From: Zygnema circumcarinatum SAG 698-1b
Lineage: Eukaryota > Plantae > Zygnematophyceae
Direction: 5' to 3'
NCBI GenBank assembly: GCA_037447605.1
Contig: CM074813.1
Coordinates: 1,488,001-1,552,000 of the forward strand
Length of the DNA: 64,000 nt
Under the pieces are notes generated by a model. The model was not told the DNA's origin. It made no database searches and was given only the letters and a program-made list of their open reading frames with translations. Position numbers and translations under genes: made by a program. Below, piece after piece: positions 1 to 13,039 of the stretch (positions within the stretch are counted from its first letter, which is position 1; each line of letters starts with the position of its first letter).

Positions 1-3000
1 CTTCACCCACTGGCCTGCATCTGCGAGAATTTCATGTCACGTGAGCCAAGGGTGTGCAGGAATCTGATGTTACATTTGAGGGGAGAAGTCATGCGTGGCA
101 TCTGGCTCCCGAGGCGGGAGGCAGTATTCGGGGGTTATGAGAGGAGGGCGTATTATCTTGATTATAAGAGGGAGAATCATGAGGGAGGTGAATGCGGTTC
201 GAGGAGAATGCGTGATGTATGGCATGGTAGACTTGGTCCGAATTTGGTGAGGGAGGCTAGTCACAGAGTGGGCTGGGCAGGGTGTAGTGGAGAAGGAGTT
301 GGGGGTTTCTTGAAATGTGTGGAGGGGAACCAAGGCCTGCCTGAGGAAATGACCTTGTGAGGTGAGCGAGGTCACATCGGCCAGCCGAGAGAAGTTGGGT
401 GAGGTGCGTTCACGACTTGTGTGGCCCGGTTACGCGGCGACGGTGGCGGGCGAGGTACTTAGATCACCTTCGCCCACAGCGACTATTAGAGGGAAGATTT
501 GGATTACACTCCTGAAGAACAAGTCAGAGGCCTTCGGAGCCTTTCGAGACTGGCTAAACGAGGCGGAGACAGAGACGGGACTGAAGCTGAAGGCTTTCCG
601 CTCAGACAATGGTGGCGAGTTCAAATCGAAGGAATTCGCGGCGTTTCGGAAGAACCGCGGTATAAGGCATGAATTCTCGATACATTCCCCGCGAGTAATG
701 GGCGGTGAGCGTGTGAATGGGACATTGGGGGCATGCTTGGAGACCATGTTGATTGATTCCCCTTTCAGGCTTCCTTTTTGGTGAGAGTTTCTAAAATTTA
801 TTTACGTAGGGAAACGGTCGTAAGATGTACGTTACGAAAGGCAGAATCCCTGGCGGATGTGGAGTGGGAGGGAAGCCCAGCGATTTCCACACGAGGAAGG
901 ACCTTTTGGTAGCGCGCGATCTTTGGGCTACGCGCCCCAAAGCGCGAAGAAGAATTCGGCCGGCGTGGGGAGACTCGTGCTTTCGGCTTCACAACACAGC
1001 GGCCCGCACATACGGGGTTTGGAACCCTCGGTGAAGAGTTCTCCGGGCGAGGCATTACGATTGATGAAGATATGAGTGTGGTTGGCGTGTTGCAGAACTC
1101 ACCAGATCTTACACACTCCGGCCGAGAAGACGACCTCGAGATGCATTATGCGAGGAGGGAAAGCTTGTTGATTGGAGAAGGGGTAGTGCTTTGTGCGGGT
1201 GCAGCGCGTCGGCAAAAGAGGAAACGTGGCGGCGACAAGTGGCCGGTGATGATGTGAAACGCCCGTGTGGAGGCGCATGCGAGGAGGAAACGCCGCGATT
1301 CGGCGGAGGCGATTCGCTCCGGTTGGTGAAAGGGAAGGGGAAACTTCGGTGGAGAGCGGTCAAGCGCAAGATTGAGAAGGGAAGGATCTTAGGCGGCGAG
1401 AGGGAGAACAATGTTAGCGAACATGCCCCAGTTTTGTTCCGGACTCTCTTTCTACGAGGGCAGTCTGCGAAACGTTGATCCGGGGCTGAACAGAGGCGAC
1501 GGTCGGTTTTCGCTGGTGCCGATCGGTCAGAGAGTGCCATCGGTCGGTGACCTTGTGGGGAGTTGCCCCTTGCTTGTTTTCGTGGTCCTGCAGAGCCACT
1601 GAGACCTTTGAGGAGGCGCCGCGGCTGGTGGAATGGCGATAAGTGGCCGGGTTGCGTTGTGCTTGAATGGGGCAGGCGTCGAAGGAAGCGACGCGTGGAG
1701 ATTGGAGGGCGCCTGAGGGGAGGCCCATTTGCTCCGGCGGTACACCGTGGTCTTCTGGAAGGTCAAAGAGGAAGGCTGGGGCGGGCGTGGACCCTAGGTG
1801 CAAGAGAGGCGGTTGAGTGGCGAAAAAGGATCTGACCAGCGGTATGGGATTGACTACACATGGAGACGTTGGCTCGATTGGTAAGTTCAATTCCACGAGA
1901 GCCTTGATTTCCATTCTGCGGCGAGGCTGAAGGAATGCACGTCCATCAATTGGACATCAAGACGACATTTCTGTATGGTGATCTCATAGAAGAGATTTAC
2001 ATGGAGCAGCCGGAGGGGAAGGTCGTCCCCGAGAAGGAGCACCTAGTCTGTTGACTAGTGAAGAGCCTGTACGGCTTGAAGCAGGTGCCGAGAGTGTAGT
2101 ACGAAAAGATCGATGATCTTTTGAGGAGGAGCCAACTTTTGCTGGTTTGAGAGCGAGATCATTAGGTGTCTGCAGTCAGGGGAGAGGCGGAACATCATGT
2201 TGGGTTGGGATCTGTAGCCGGCGATCTCATCATGGTGAGCTTCTCTCCGCGAAAGAATGAGATCTTTGAAGGAATTGCTTGAGCAAATTTCAAAATATGG
2301 TCACAGGAGGGCGCCCGACTCTGTAGGAATGCGGTGAAGAGATGGAAGCATTTTACATGTCCGAAAGGAAGTATGCTTCGGTGTGCTTGCCCACGTTTTC
2401 GAATATGGAGGATGCTAGGCGGTGTTCGGCCCGTGGAGGTCGGCCTTCAGGCTTTTCGAGAAGGAGATGTCACCTTAGTGGATCTTGAGGCACAAAGATG
2501 TTAGGGTGCCATACAGATCAGGTGGGAGTCTAATGTACTTGATGATGGAGCAGCGTCGGGACTTGGCCAGCGGTGGTACGGCGGCCGATTAAGTGGAGAG
2601 ATCAGAGACTCGGCATTGGGAGGCCCGGTGAAAGAGGATTTTTGAATATATGTGAAGGACGCTTCGATGCGAGGTCGGTATGAGGAGGGGGCCAACGGGG
2701 AAATGATTGGCTATCTGGACTTCAGTTGGGGAGGGATGTCGTCACGTCGCTCGGCTTCCGGGTTCGTTTACGAATGGAGGAGGAAGGCGATTCGTGGAGT
2801 TCAGTTGCGGAGGACTTCGGTGGCGGCGTTATGAGCAGGAGGGCGAGTACATGGAAGTGCTTGTCGTGCTTGAAGGAAGGGTGTGGTTCATCGCGATTCT
2901 TTGAAAGAAGAATACAAGAAGGTGACATTTGATTACGGACAGCAGGCAATCCAATGCGTCGATTGCCATTGGGAAACCATGTTCCACAAGAGGACCAAAA

Positions 3001-3185
3001 AGCACATTGGTGCGGTACCATTACGTCACGAGAGTTGGTCGAGGGCTTGATTGGTGAGGATTACGTAGGCACCCGAGGAGGCGGGCGGCGAATATGTATG
3101 AGAGTGAGTAAGGAAACACTATTAGTCAGCCGGGAGGTTGATTAGAACAGGGCGGCGCAAAACTAGAAGTTCCAAAGAGAGGGAT
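1..3185 (+). mobile_element. Degenerate Ty1/copia internal region (GAG-pre-integrase, integrase, RT, RNase H), 5' end outside window
   Basis: Fragments KIWITLLKNKSEAFGAFRDW and LKAFRSDNGGEF (integrase, 362-784); HQLDIKTTFLYGDL (RT, ~1940-1980); degenerate RNase H near 2700-3050; purine tract AAGAGAGGGAT directly before the LTR at 3186. Many frameshifts. Confidence 0.9.
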
Positions 3186-4196
3186 TGTTAGTGTATGATA
3201 GTTAGCATGTTTTATTTGGAGCATTAGTTTTGTGTGTGTTTGTGTTGGTGTTTGCTTAGCGGTGGTGCGCTTTAAGTTAGTAGGCGTGATGCGGACATTT
3301 GGTCGGCGGAAGAGGCGGCGGTGGCGGTCAGTGGCGGCTGGCGGCGGAATCGAGGAAAGTGGCGTGGGCGGGGCCCGCCGCCCGAGGCGAGTGAAAGATA
3401 ATGGCCTTGGCTTAGCCTTGAATCTGCTTGTATGAAATACGAAAGTGGCCTTGGCCTTGGCGTCCAACCAACTGGATTGAGCGGTCGGACTTGGCCAGCG
3501 ATCTTGGCGTCAAAATGTCGGCCCTTTGCGATTCACATCATTATGCGGGCGTGGAGAAGGCAGCCTTGGAAGTTTGGCCAGCGTCATCAATCTTGGAGGC
3601 GGGGGTGGATCTGCAGGCGTGGATTAGCTTAGAGGCTTTGAGTCGGATGCGGCGGAGAGCGTCACGGGGACGTTCGTGTGAGCGGCGAGGATCGGCAACG
3701 AGGATGAGGTCGGGATAGGGCCACTGCGGGCCGGCCTTGATGTTGTGAGAGCTGTTTGTATGGTATCGCGGATGTTGTGACATAGTATATGAGTGTGTTG
3801 TTTTGTTTTAGAAGTTTGTTAATCTTTAACCACGATTATCAACGTAGCTGTATTGCATGAGCCTACGAGAAAGGCGATGCTGCGTGTTCTTTGAACTTGA
3901 TACACTTACTTGTCGCGAGGTAGTGGAGCTTTTGAGTTTTGACAGGCTGAGAGGGGTCTCTCGTACGTATTTGATAAGAATTATTATTAAGGAGTTTTAA
4001 ATGAGAAACTTTCTCCTATCCTTTTTCTCTCTGTTATTCAGCTATTACATTACGAGAGGTTCACTCTTGTGAAGTAAATAAGGCTATAGTGAATGTGAGA
4101 GTTTGGGAAATGTCATCATCGATTGGAACGCGAACTCCGATGGAAGGTGATGCGAGTGGAGAAGCCGGCAGCAGTGGAGGAGTCCCTGCACCAACA
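3186..4196 (+). repeat. 3' LTR of copia element 1 (TG...CA), inserted into the gypsy integrase
   Basis: Starts TGTTAGTGTATGATAGTT after the PPT and ends GCACCAACA. It shares start and U5-like blocks with the LTRs at 6605 and 16089. Gypsy integrase sequence resumes at 4197. Confidence 0.88.
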
Positions 4197-5955
4197 GGGA
4201 TGACCTCGCGCCAGTCCGCCTCCAGCTCCGCGCAGCCGCGAACGCACGCATCCTTGACCGTCTGTATGGTACGTTCTGCAAGCCCATTCTGCCAGGGGGA
4301 GTAGGGGCTAGAGGTGTGGTGAATGATGCGGAAGTCCTGCATGAGCTTGGCAAATGCCCCCTTGTATTCGGTGCCATTGTCAGAGTGGACAGAGTAGGGG
4401 AGAGAGTGGCGGTGAATGATGGCCGTCAGGAGGCGAGCAGAGTGGTCTGGAGATACTTACATGCGCGCCGAACTTCCCGCCCCGCGGGTGTATCTGTCCG
4501 CGGCTAGGAAGGCCGAATGCTTAGCGAGAGGGTGCCGAGCACAGGATAAGAGTATCCCATATTCCAATCTTAATGACGCCTCGTATAGGGATAATCTCAC
4601 CCATCTCCGGGGTTGGCCGGTGAGAGGGCGAGGCGCTTTACGGCGTTGGCAGCAGTGCGAGATAGCCGTGTAGCGGCTCCCTGGCGCCATGGAGGCGAGA
4701 CCAATAATGGCGCGCCCTGCGGCAGGCGACCATCTTCTTACGGCCAGGTGGAATCCGCGGGCTGAGATGGGTAAGGCGACATCCGTCTCCCATGCGTTCA
4801 TTGGGGAATGGAGCAGGAAGGCGGAGGTAGAGAATCTGTCGCCGGCATCCGCGAGAGGAAGTTCCGGCCTTGTGGCCGGAGCAGCGGAGCCACCGATTGT
4901 GGGAAAGTAAAGGGGGCAATATGCGGGTCATGACGTAGCGCGAAGGGAGGAGTCTGAATGGGCGTCATTGGCGGCGGGAAATGGGGAGGAAGTAAGGGAG
5001 CTTCGCCATCGTCATCCATGAGGAGTTCCCACGGATCCGCATGGGGGTGGCCGTGGGTGAAGTCAGGGTCCTGCCAGCGATGGAGGGTGGTGGCCGTGGC
5101 CGGAATATCGATCAGCCCATCTGCGAATAGGACATCATGCAAGGCTTGAGCGGCAATAAAAATCTCAATGGGAAGATGCTCAGGGTTCAAAAGGGTGGGT
5201 GGAGGGATGGGTTCAGGAACGGCCGGATCGTGACAGAGGAGGGGAGCCGAAGGATTGCGACTGAGGCCGTCAGCATTGCCGTGACTGCGGCCGGGACGGT
5301 GGGTGACCTTGAGTACATTATACTCCTCCAACTTCATCACCCATCGTGCAAACTTAGGTCGTAGGGTAGCCATGATGTGCAGCCAAGTGAGTGGCATGTG
5401 GTCAGTCCTAATGATAATGGGCTGGTAGGCCGTAAAGAGCTTGAACTTCTCCAGTGCCCAGAGAATAGCCGCTGCCTCACCCTCAGTAGGGCTGTACTTG
5501 GTCTCGGTTTCCGAACAAACCCTGCTAGCATAACTGACCGGGTGTTCCCCATCCGAGAAGGCTTGACTGGCCACTGCCCCAAAGCCCGTCTGACTCCAGT
5601 CAGCGTCAATAATGGTGGGCAGGGTGGGGTCGAATTGATGCAGACAAGGAGCCTGAAGGAGGGCACTCTTGAGCGCTTGGAAGGCCAGATCCTGCGCTCG
5701 GCTCCATTCATAGTGGACTCCGTGCTTCTCCAAAGCATGTAGGGGGCGCGCGATAAGGGCATAGCCCTTGATGAACCGGCGATAGAATGAGGTGAGTCCC
5801 AAGACAGACTTGAGCTGAGTGAGGTTCTGTGGAATCGGCATAAGGCCAATCGCTTCAATCTTGTCGAGTGATGGTTTCAGTCCATTGATGCCGAGGCGGT
5901 GCCCGAGATGAGTGATCTCCTGATGGCCCCATTTGCACTTCTTGGGTGCAATCTT
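4197..5955 (-). pseudogene. Gypsy pol remnant: RT C-terminus, RNase H, degenerate integrase
   Basis: LKSVLGLTSFYRRFIKGYALIARPL (RT connection); IIDADWS, ETKYSPTEGEAAAILWAL, RTDHMPL and HRPGRSHGNADGLSR (gypsy RNase H); HHTSSPYSPWQNGLAERTIQTVK (integrase). Stops and frameshifts below 4798. Confidence 0.9.
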
Positions 5956-6516
5956 NNNNNNNNNNGGGTCTTCTGAGGAATCCCTTGCTCTGCTGTAGGA
6001 CTGCGTGCCGCTGCTGTGCTTGAAGGAACTCCTGGTGCAGTAGTTATCCGACTGAGATCCCGTGGGTTGTGTCCCTGGTGGGCCGCGGGGGGGACCTCAG
6101 GTTCGAACGGCACTCCTCTCTTCACGGCATCTGCGGCCGTGACAGCGACTGGGCAGGCTGCAAGCTTGATCATCCTGCGTGCATATCGCCAGCGAAGTTT
6201 ATGGCCATCACTGCCTAGATGGAGTCGTTGCAGCTCTTCAATCGACTCGATCTGCTCAAGGTAAGCCAAACTGGGATAAGGGTTCTCTTCGGTGATGCCC
6301 ATCTTTAGTCTTTCTCTGACTGCTTCTTCCTCTGAGTCTGAATCCGTCCTTGGATTTCCGATCGTCTGATCTTCTTGAAGTCCCAAGTCTTCATCTGAAA
6401 ACTCATGAAGATCTGCTTGTCCCTCTTGTTGCAGCTCTTCATCCATGGCGGCTGTGACACGGGTCACAGGATCGGCAGCCTCACGTATCAAGGTACGTGG
6501 ATCTGCAAAACCTTCA

Positions 6517-6528
6517 GCTCTGATACCA
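6517..6528 (-). promoter_or_regulatory. Primer-binding site (tRNA-iMet) of the gypsy element
   Basis: Reverse complement reads TGGTATCAGAGC, directly adjoining LTR sequence and preceding gag. Confidence 0.85.
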
Positions 6529-6604
6529 AGATAAGTGGGGTTAAGAGAAGACTGCTGAGCTAGTTGCAAGTGCTGTACGGCCACTCGCGCGTCCGTGCTG
6601 AAAC

Positions 6605-7472
6605 TGTTAGTGTTAGTGTATGATAGTTAAGCATTACATAGTACACACTAACTTGGTTGTGGTGCTCAGTCATGGAAACTACCTAGTATGTGTCACGATG
6701 ACGTCAGCAACTTAAGTTCTGAGGTGCGCTTGTAGCGCGCGCGGGCGGAGTGTGGATGAACGGCCGCGATTGATTGCGGCGCTAACTTGAAGACGCGCGG
6801 AGCTGATTGGTCGCGGCGCTGACGCGAAGGCGCGTGGTACGGATGCGNNNNNNNNNNGAGTGGGCCCGTTGGTTCGAGCGTACGGCGAAGGAGTCGGCGG
6901 CCGGAAAATGTTAAGGGTACCCGACGAACGGCGGCACTGTACGGATAGGACGGAAATAGGTCGGTGTCGTCGTAGGTTTACGAGACCACTACCGTAGGTC
7001 GCTATTCTGAGTGCGCCGCTTTGCCGAATGCAAGGGCCAGCTATGGCGGCCGTGACGTGACATGTGTGTCACGTCACAACGCCATATAGTATATAGTGTG
7101 TGTTGTGTGTTTGGTAGGTAATCTAGTCTGTCTCTCATTCTGTGCCAGCTCGTGTTGCTAGGCTGCCTTGCTCGTGTTGTGAGGTAGTGAGTAAGAGAAG
7201 ATAGGTTCAAAGGGTGGGAAGTGAACTTTCATGTGGGAAGACATTTATTAAGGAGTTTTAGAGCCGTGAGCTTTCTCCTACACTTCTCTCGATTGATTTC
7301 CGCTGTGCTTGTCTTTGGTGTTCATTCTGTAGTTATGGGCGATGAGTGAATTGTGAGATAGAGCTGTGAGAGTGCAAGAGTGGAAGTGTCTTCATCGGTG
7401 AGAACACGAGTTCCCGTGGAGGGCGACACGCGAGGTGGAGCCGGAAGCAGCGAGATGTCCCCTGCTTCAACA
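6605..7472 (+). repeat. 5' LTR of copia block, followed by PBS TGGTATCAGAGC at 7475-7486
   Basis: TGTTAG...TTCAACA, then AG and the PBS; gag start SGIRANGGDEDHVKFSIPAFDGSDYKGWRWR follows. Contains an N gap at 6848-6857. Confidence 0.9.
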
Positions 7473-7579
7473 AGTGGTATCAGAGCCAATGGTGGCGACG
7501 AGGACCACGTGAAGTTCAGCATCCCGGCGTTCGATGGATCGGACTACAAGGGGTGGAGGTGGCGGCTGGNNNNNNNNNN

Positions 7580-10500
7580 TGCCAGCCAGACCGCCTCTCT
7601 GGCAGCGTGACATGCGGCCACGTATTCTGCTTCGGTACTCGACAGAGCCACCGTATCCTGTAATTTTGAACTCCACGAGATGAGCTCACTCGGCGTTCGA
7701 ATGCGGCGTATCTGAAGTGAACTTACGCCCGTATCTGGTCTCCTCCCCAATCGCATCCGTGTATCGAACAGGCGCGGCGCCCCTCTCGGTAGTAGTCCGC
7801 CAATGGACGTCCCTTTTGAGCTCCATCGAAAAGATTTTCTTATTTGCCTCCCGATGCTTAGCCACGGATTCTCCATGTGCACGGAAGCCGTCTTGTTGCT
7901 TTCACGCCGAGATCGGTACGTTCCCTACATAAGGTACGTGGGGCGCGATATAAGCGGAACTTTGTCTGAGTACTAGCGCCATCTCAGCGCCCTCGCCTCC
8001 GTCGAGGCTCATGTCGGTGAGCTCCTACCGGCTGCCCATCCATGGGAGTGGAGCATGGTGAACATTTGTCCATGTTGAACTTCGCCAAGACTTCCTTGGA
8101 GTACTTCTCCTGGCAGAGGAACAAGCTTCCGTCTGTCCCCCTCTTAAGCTGGATGCCGAGAAGGTATTCCGCAGGGCCGAGATCTGACATCTGAAAATTC
8201 TGCTTTAGAAGCTCCTTGAGACCCTGAATGCTCTTCATGGAGGAACTCACAATGATGAGGTCATCTCACGTGAATACTCTGAACATCACGTCGTCTCCCT
8301 CCCCTTAGCGTGTACACCCGAGTGGTCCGGCGTTGAGCGGCGTGAAGCCATTCTTGATATAAGCAATTAGGTGGATTACTACGGTACCAAATTCTCGGCT
8401 TGTTTTGACCCGTATAGGCTCTTGACAAGTCTGCAGACGAGGTGCTCTGCTCCTGGTTCAACCGTTCCCTCCGGTTGCTGCATGTAGATCTCCTCCTCGA
8501 GATCTCCATAAAGAAATGCCGTTTTGATGTCCAGCTGGTGGACGTGCATCCCTTCGTCCGCCGCGATCGAAATCAATGCGCGCAGTGAGTTGAACTTGAC
8601 TACGGGTGCAAAGGTTTCAGAATAATCAATTCCGAATTTCTGCGCGAAACCTTTCGCCACTAGCCGTGCCTTGAACCTATCTACACTCCCATCTGATTTC
8701 CGTTTGACTTTAAACACCCACTTGCAGCGATTGCCGCGTCACAGGGGGCGACTCCTTTGGCTGCCATGTCCCACGTCTCCTTAAGACTATTTGGCTAAGC
8801 TATCTATGGCGACTCTCCACTTCGCTCGTCCATCCATCAATCGCGTGTCGGAATAGGTAAGCGGCTCCTCGGGAAATATTGCCATAAGGCAAGTGCCATT
8901 CTGTGAAGTCGGCTGGTCAAGGGGTACTGCGGGTTTCCCCTCGGCCTCTTCCCCCTCACGAGTCCATGGGTTCTGGACGAAATCACATGTTCACAGGCTT
9001 GTTCACGGGCCTCCCAGTGGTTTGTCCCGTAGTTAGGTGTAAACCGCTTCGCGTTGGCATGGGGGGTGCGGTCCATCCCATCTTGTATTTACCATTTGGG
9101 TTGTACAGCGGTAGGAGGCTCCTCGCTAAATGTACGATGATGTCACGATCGTTGTCAAGATGGGACAGGGTATCTTCAGGCTGTTCACTCGGGAATGCCG
9201 ATTCGAGGCGCTTCCTCTGAAAGGCCTCTCTCCTCCGCGTGGCAGCGACACGGCGCCGAAGTGGGTTTTGGTCCGTACGTTGGTGCGAGAAGGAAGGGGC
9301 GGCCCGGTGGGGCGAGATCCTCACCTCCCGAATATCCCTCGCGCAGGAGAAATTCTATGATGCGGGGGCGGCTCCTTTCCAAGTCCGGCGTCGCTGGCGT
9401 CTCGCTAGCGAGGGTTTCCTCGCGGTAGATTCGCGACTTGTCGAGGACTTCTACGTGGGCAGTTCGAGGCGATAAGTCAAGCCCCGTAGGCGTTGTAGCC
9501 AAGGAAGTAGCCGAATTCTCCTCTCGGGCTGAACTTCGTCGTCTGCTTGCTCTTTGGAATCGCTATCCAGCATGGCGAGCCGAATACTCGTAAGTGCTGA
9601 ATCGTGGGCTTCCTCCCACTCCACATCTCCTCCGGTACTTTCCTGTGATCCTTCAGGGCGCTGGAGGGACATCTGTTTCGGATATAGGCCGCCGTGAGGA
9701 TGGCTTCTCCCCAAAAGTTAAAGAGAGGGTGACTCACTTAACGCTCGACCGTGTCATGTGCCAGTGGTTCACTCTCATTTGCTCCGTTGCTTTCGTAAAG
9801 AACATGCGGAGGCGTGAACTTCGTCTGTCCGGATCCAAAGGGACTTGAGATATTCGAAAGTGGAGGATTTATATTCTCTATCCGTCCGGTCCTCACGGAA
9901 TCCCTCTCGCGGACTGCCTTTCTACCTCGATCACTGCCGTCACGAAAGGTGTTGAATGCCTCGCTCTTGTGCTTCAATAGCGCAACCCAGATCTTCCTTG
10001 AGTAGTCATCAAGGAATGTGATGAAGTACCTCGATCCTCCCTTCGTCTCTGGAGTGATCGGTCCACAGATGTCGCTGTGAACGAGCTCCAACCTCCGTGT
10101 TGCGCGGAACGTCTCCGCGCCGTGGGTCGTGAAGGGGTGACGATGGGTCTTGCCTACCGCGCAGTCGGGGCAGACTTCTCCCGTTTTAAAGGCGTCGTGA
10201 GGAAAACCTGGGGCGAGGCTTCCCGAAGGTCGCAGGGTCTCCCAGGGCGGTATGCGGCCAGTGCCCAGTCGGCGGTGCCGCAGTCGGGCTGGTCGGAGGC
10301 AGTGTACGGACTCGGAGTCACGTTGAATCGCGACTCCTTACTGCTGAGGTAAATTTGGCGCGCGGGCGCGAACGTGCATTTATCCGCATCCTGTGGCGTA
10401 AAGGTGCGGGGCGCCGACCAAAATTGGGGCCCCCGGACTTAGCCGTCTTCGCGCGTATACTGTCCGTACAGTTAGCGCGGGTGTTCTCGTCACTCACTTT

Positions 10501-12990
10501 GTCGGTGACGCTCGTGGTTTCGATTTCGCAAGTTCCCGTCGGAACTTCCCTCGCTCGTCGAAAATGGCCGCTCCCGTCGTCTTTGTGGGCTGGCCCATGG
10601 TCGCTGGCTGCACTGCGTGGAGTGCACAGTTGAACTTCGCCATTGTCGCGATAAGCTCCCTAGAGACGATTCGGTCAATCCACGCTTCGCGATTTTAGGC
10701 GGATTCACGAGTTGAGAGTTGATACGCGCTCGAGGAAAGCGGCCCGCGAGACTCCCCCTAGCAGCTTGCCTTAGGTTCAGCCAGCGGATCATTAATTCCG
10801 TTTGCGATTTCCAGTCTAGGTAGTAGAGCCCTCCCATTTGGGTCGACCACGGAGTTTTCTGGTTTTCTATGCACTATTTTGCGGGTATTCTGCTAAATAT
10901 CCCTATCGCTCCATGGTCTGACTAACCGAAAGAAAAGTTATTTCTAAGGGTTGGGGTGTGCAGCTTATTACCAATCGATTTAGGAAAAGGCTGTTCCTTC
11001 ACACGCATGGTGGCAATTTACGGACTTCTCCTCATGATATACTTGGCCCGATCTGGTCTCCGTGGGCGTCACCGCTCGTGACTCATCCAGCATCTGCATG
11101 TGTGAAAATAGAGACTTGTCGCTGCACATGTGCTTAGAATCACCTGAGTCTATAAGCCTAGGCAGATATTCAGATTAGTCAATTTCATTAACTGAAATTT
11201 GATTTACAAATGCTGCGTGCTTTGCTTCACTAGCCGACAGACTCGCGCTCATCTGGGCGGCTACATCTGCCGTGCAGTTCCGCGCCATGTGTCCCGGCTG
11301 TTTGCACTTGTAGCAGATGATCTCCTTGCCTTTGCCTTTGCCGTCCTTCTTGGGTGCGCTCGGGGTCGGTACGTTGCCCTGGGCAGCCTTCTTGGTTCGA
11401 CATTCGGCTTCAAGGTGACCTTTCGTTTACAAAAGTTGCAAGAAATGCGTGCGGTAGCTCCACTGTTCTTACGAGGTCTCGGTCGATCATATGCGTCCTC
11501 GAGGGTGAACCTCTGCCGTCCCTTTGATGGTTAACTCTCCTCGGCTCTCACTTTCGCGTATCACTTCCTCAAGGTAAAGCGTATTTTGACGGTTTTGGGA
11601 GTTGATAGTTGGTGCAAACCGGCTCGGCAAACCTCGGAGGAAGCTCACAATCTGATGATCCTTGACGATAGGCTGCCTAGCGATAACGAATTTCGCCATC
11701 AGTTCGTCAAAGCGTATCACGTATGTGGTCAACTCCTCGGTCTGGGCCATCTTCATTTGCATCAGCTCATCGTAGAGCTCGAATTTGATGGTGATATCGA
11801 TGACGTCGTAGATGTTGGCGAGCTTCTGCCACATTTCGTAGGCGGACGTAAGCTCCCGAAGCATCTTGGCGGGGTTCCCTCTGACGCTTGAGGCGATGAG
11901 CAGCCTCACTTGAGCGTCCTTCATCGTCCACGTTGATAGCTCGTCGGCAGTCATGGGCGAATCCACAGTCGGCGGCTTGACAGTCCCGTTCACGTACTTG
12001 ACCAGGTTCTTGGTCTGCAAAAGGGTCATCATGTGCCACCGCCAGTCCTTGTAGTCAGTTCCTTTGAAGATAGGAATAGTATGCCGAATGTCTCCATCAG
12101 CTCTGATACCACTTGTTGGTAATTCCATGGTGGAACCACCCTCGGCCAGTCGCCTCCACTGACTCTTAATTAAGTGAACATCTTCGGCGAGGCGCTCAAG
12201 ACGGATGCAAGACAAAGAGGCGTCAAGATAGAAGCCCCACGGTGTATAAAACTACGATTTTCTTTGGGTGAAGTACCTTGATTCAAGCAGCCTGGCAGCA
12301 ATGCAGCTTGCACTACCCCACTCTCTTTTTCCCAAGACTGGCAGCACTACTCCTCTTCTTAACTACAGGCTCGGCCTCAACTCGCTACACACCCCCATTG
12401 GCATGTGGTATGAGGTTGCTTACTCTGAGGAATGCTACTCTCTATATACTTCCTACGACTAAGCTACGTGACAGCGTCCTGTGGACCGGCTTGTCACGCC
12501 CGCCCTGAGCGGGTGCATGCAGTCCGCAGCCAGCTGCGCGTTCAGCAGCCAGCTCGTCTGCGGACCCGGTCTCCTCCATAGTTGGCCGCGTCAGAGCCCG
12601 TCGGAAGTAGTGGGTCCGCAGCCAGCTGCGCGTTCAGCAGCCAGCTCGTCTGCGGACCCGGTCTCCTCCATAATTTGGCGTCGAGCCGTCGAGGAAGTAG
12701 CGGTTGGCGCGCCCGTCGGTCACGAACTTAGCGGCTCGCGTAGCGCCCTCTCTGGAATCCGTACATCTCGGGACTTGGCGTCTCGCTGGCGCCCGTAGCG
12801 CTAGGTATGTGACCAGAAAAAGTGTCGTCCGCGCGACATATCGTCGCGTCGCCCCGGGCGCGCCGATACTCCGTTTCGTCATGTCACGGTCCCAGAACTT
12901 ATCGCGTCACATTGGTGTAGCGACCGGCCTGTAATAAACTTCATGTTACGGCGTCAGTTCCATTTATCCTTCGAACTATCATGGCGTTAT
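7580..12990 (-). mobile_element. Opposite-strand copia copy: LTR (~12990-12114), PBS 12100-12111, gag, protease, integrase, RT, RNase H (degenerate)
   Basis: Gag IPIFKGTDYKDWRWHMMTLLQTKNL plus CCHC knuckle CNFCKRKGHLEAEC (~11390-11440); protease IDSGDSKHMC (~11120-11150); ELVHSDICGP (integrase); FKARLVAKGFAQKFGIDY and HQLDIKTAFLYGDL (RT); VALSSTEAEYVAACHAAREAVWL (RNase H). Outer LTR boundary is approximate. Confidence 0.85.
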
Positions 12991-13039
12991 GCGGCCTCTA
13001 GTCATTACAATGAATGCGGCCTCGTGCAATCATCAGTAC

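Noticed and set aside
6517-12111. tRNA-Met genes at the TGGTATCAGAGC matches
   Set aside because: Only 12-nt complements of the tRNA 3' end next to LTRs; these are primer-binding sites.
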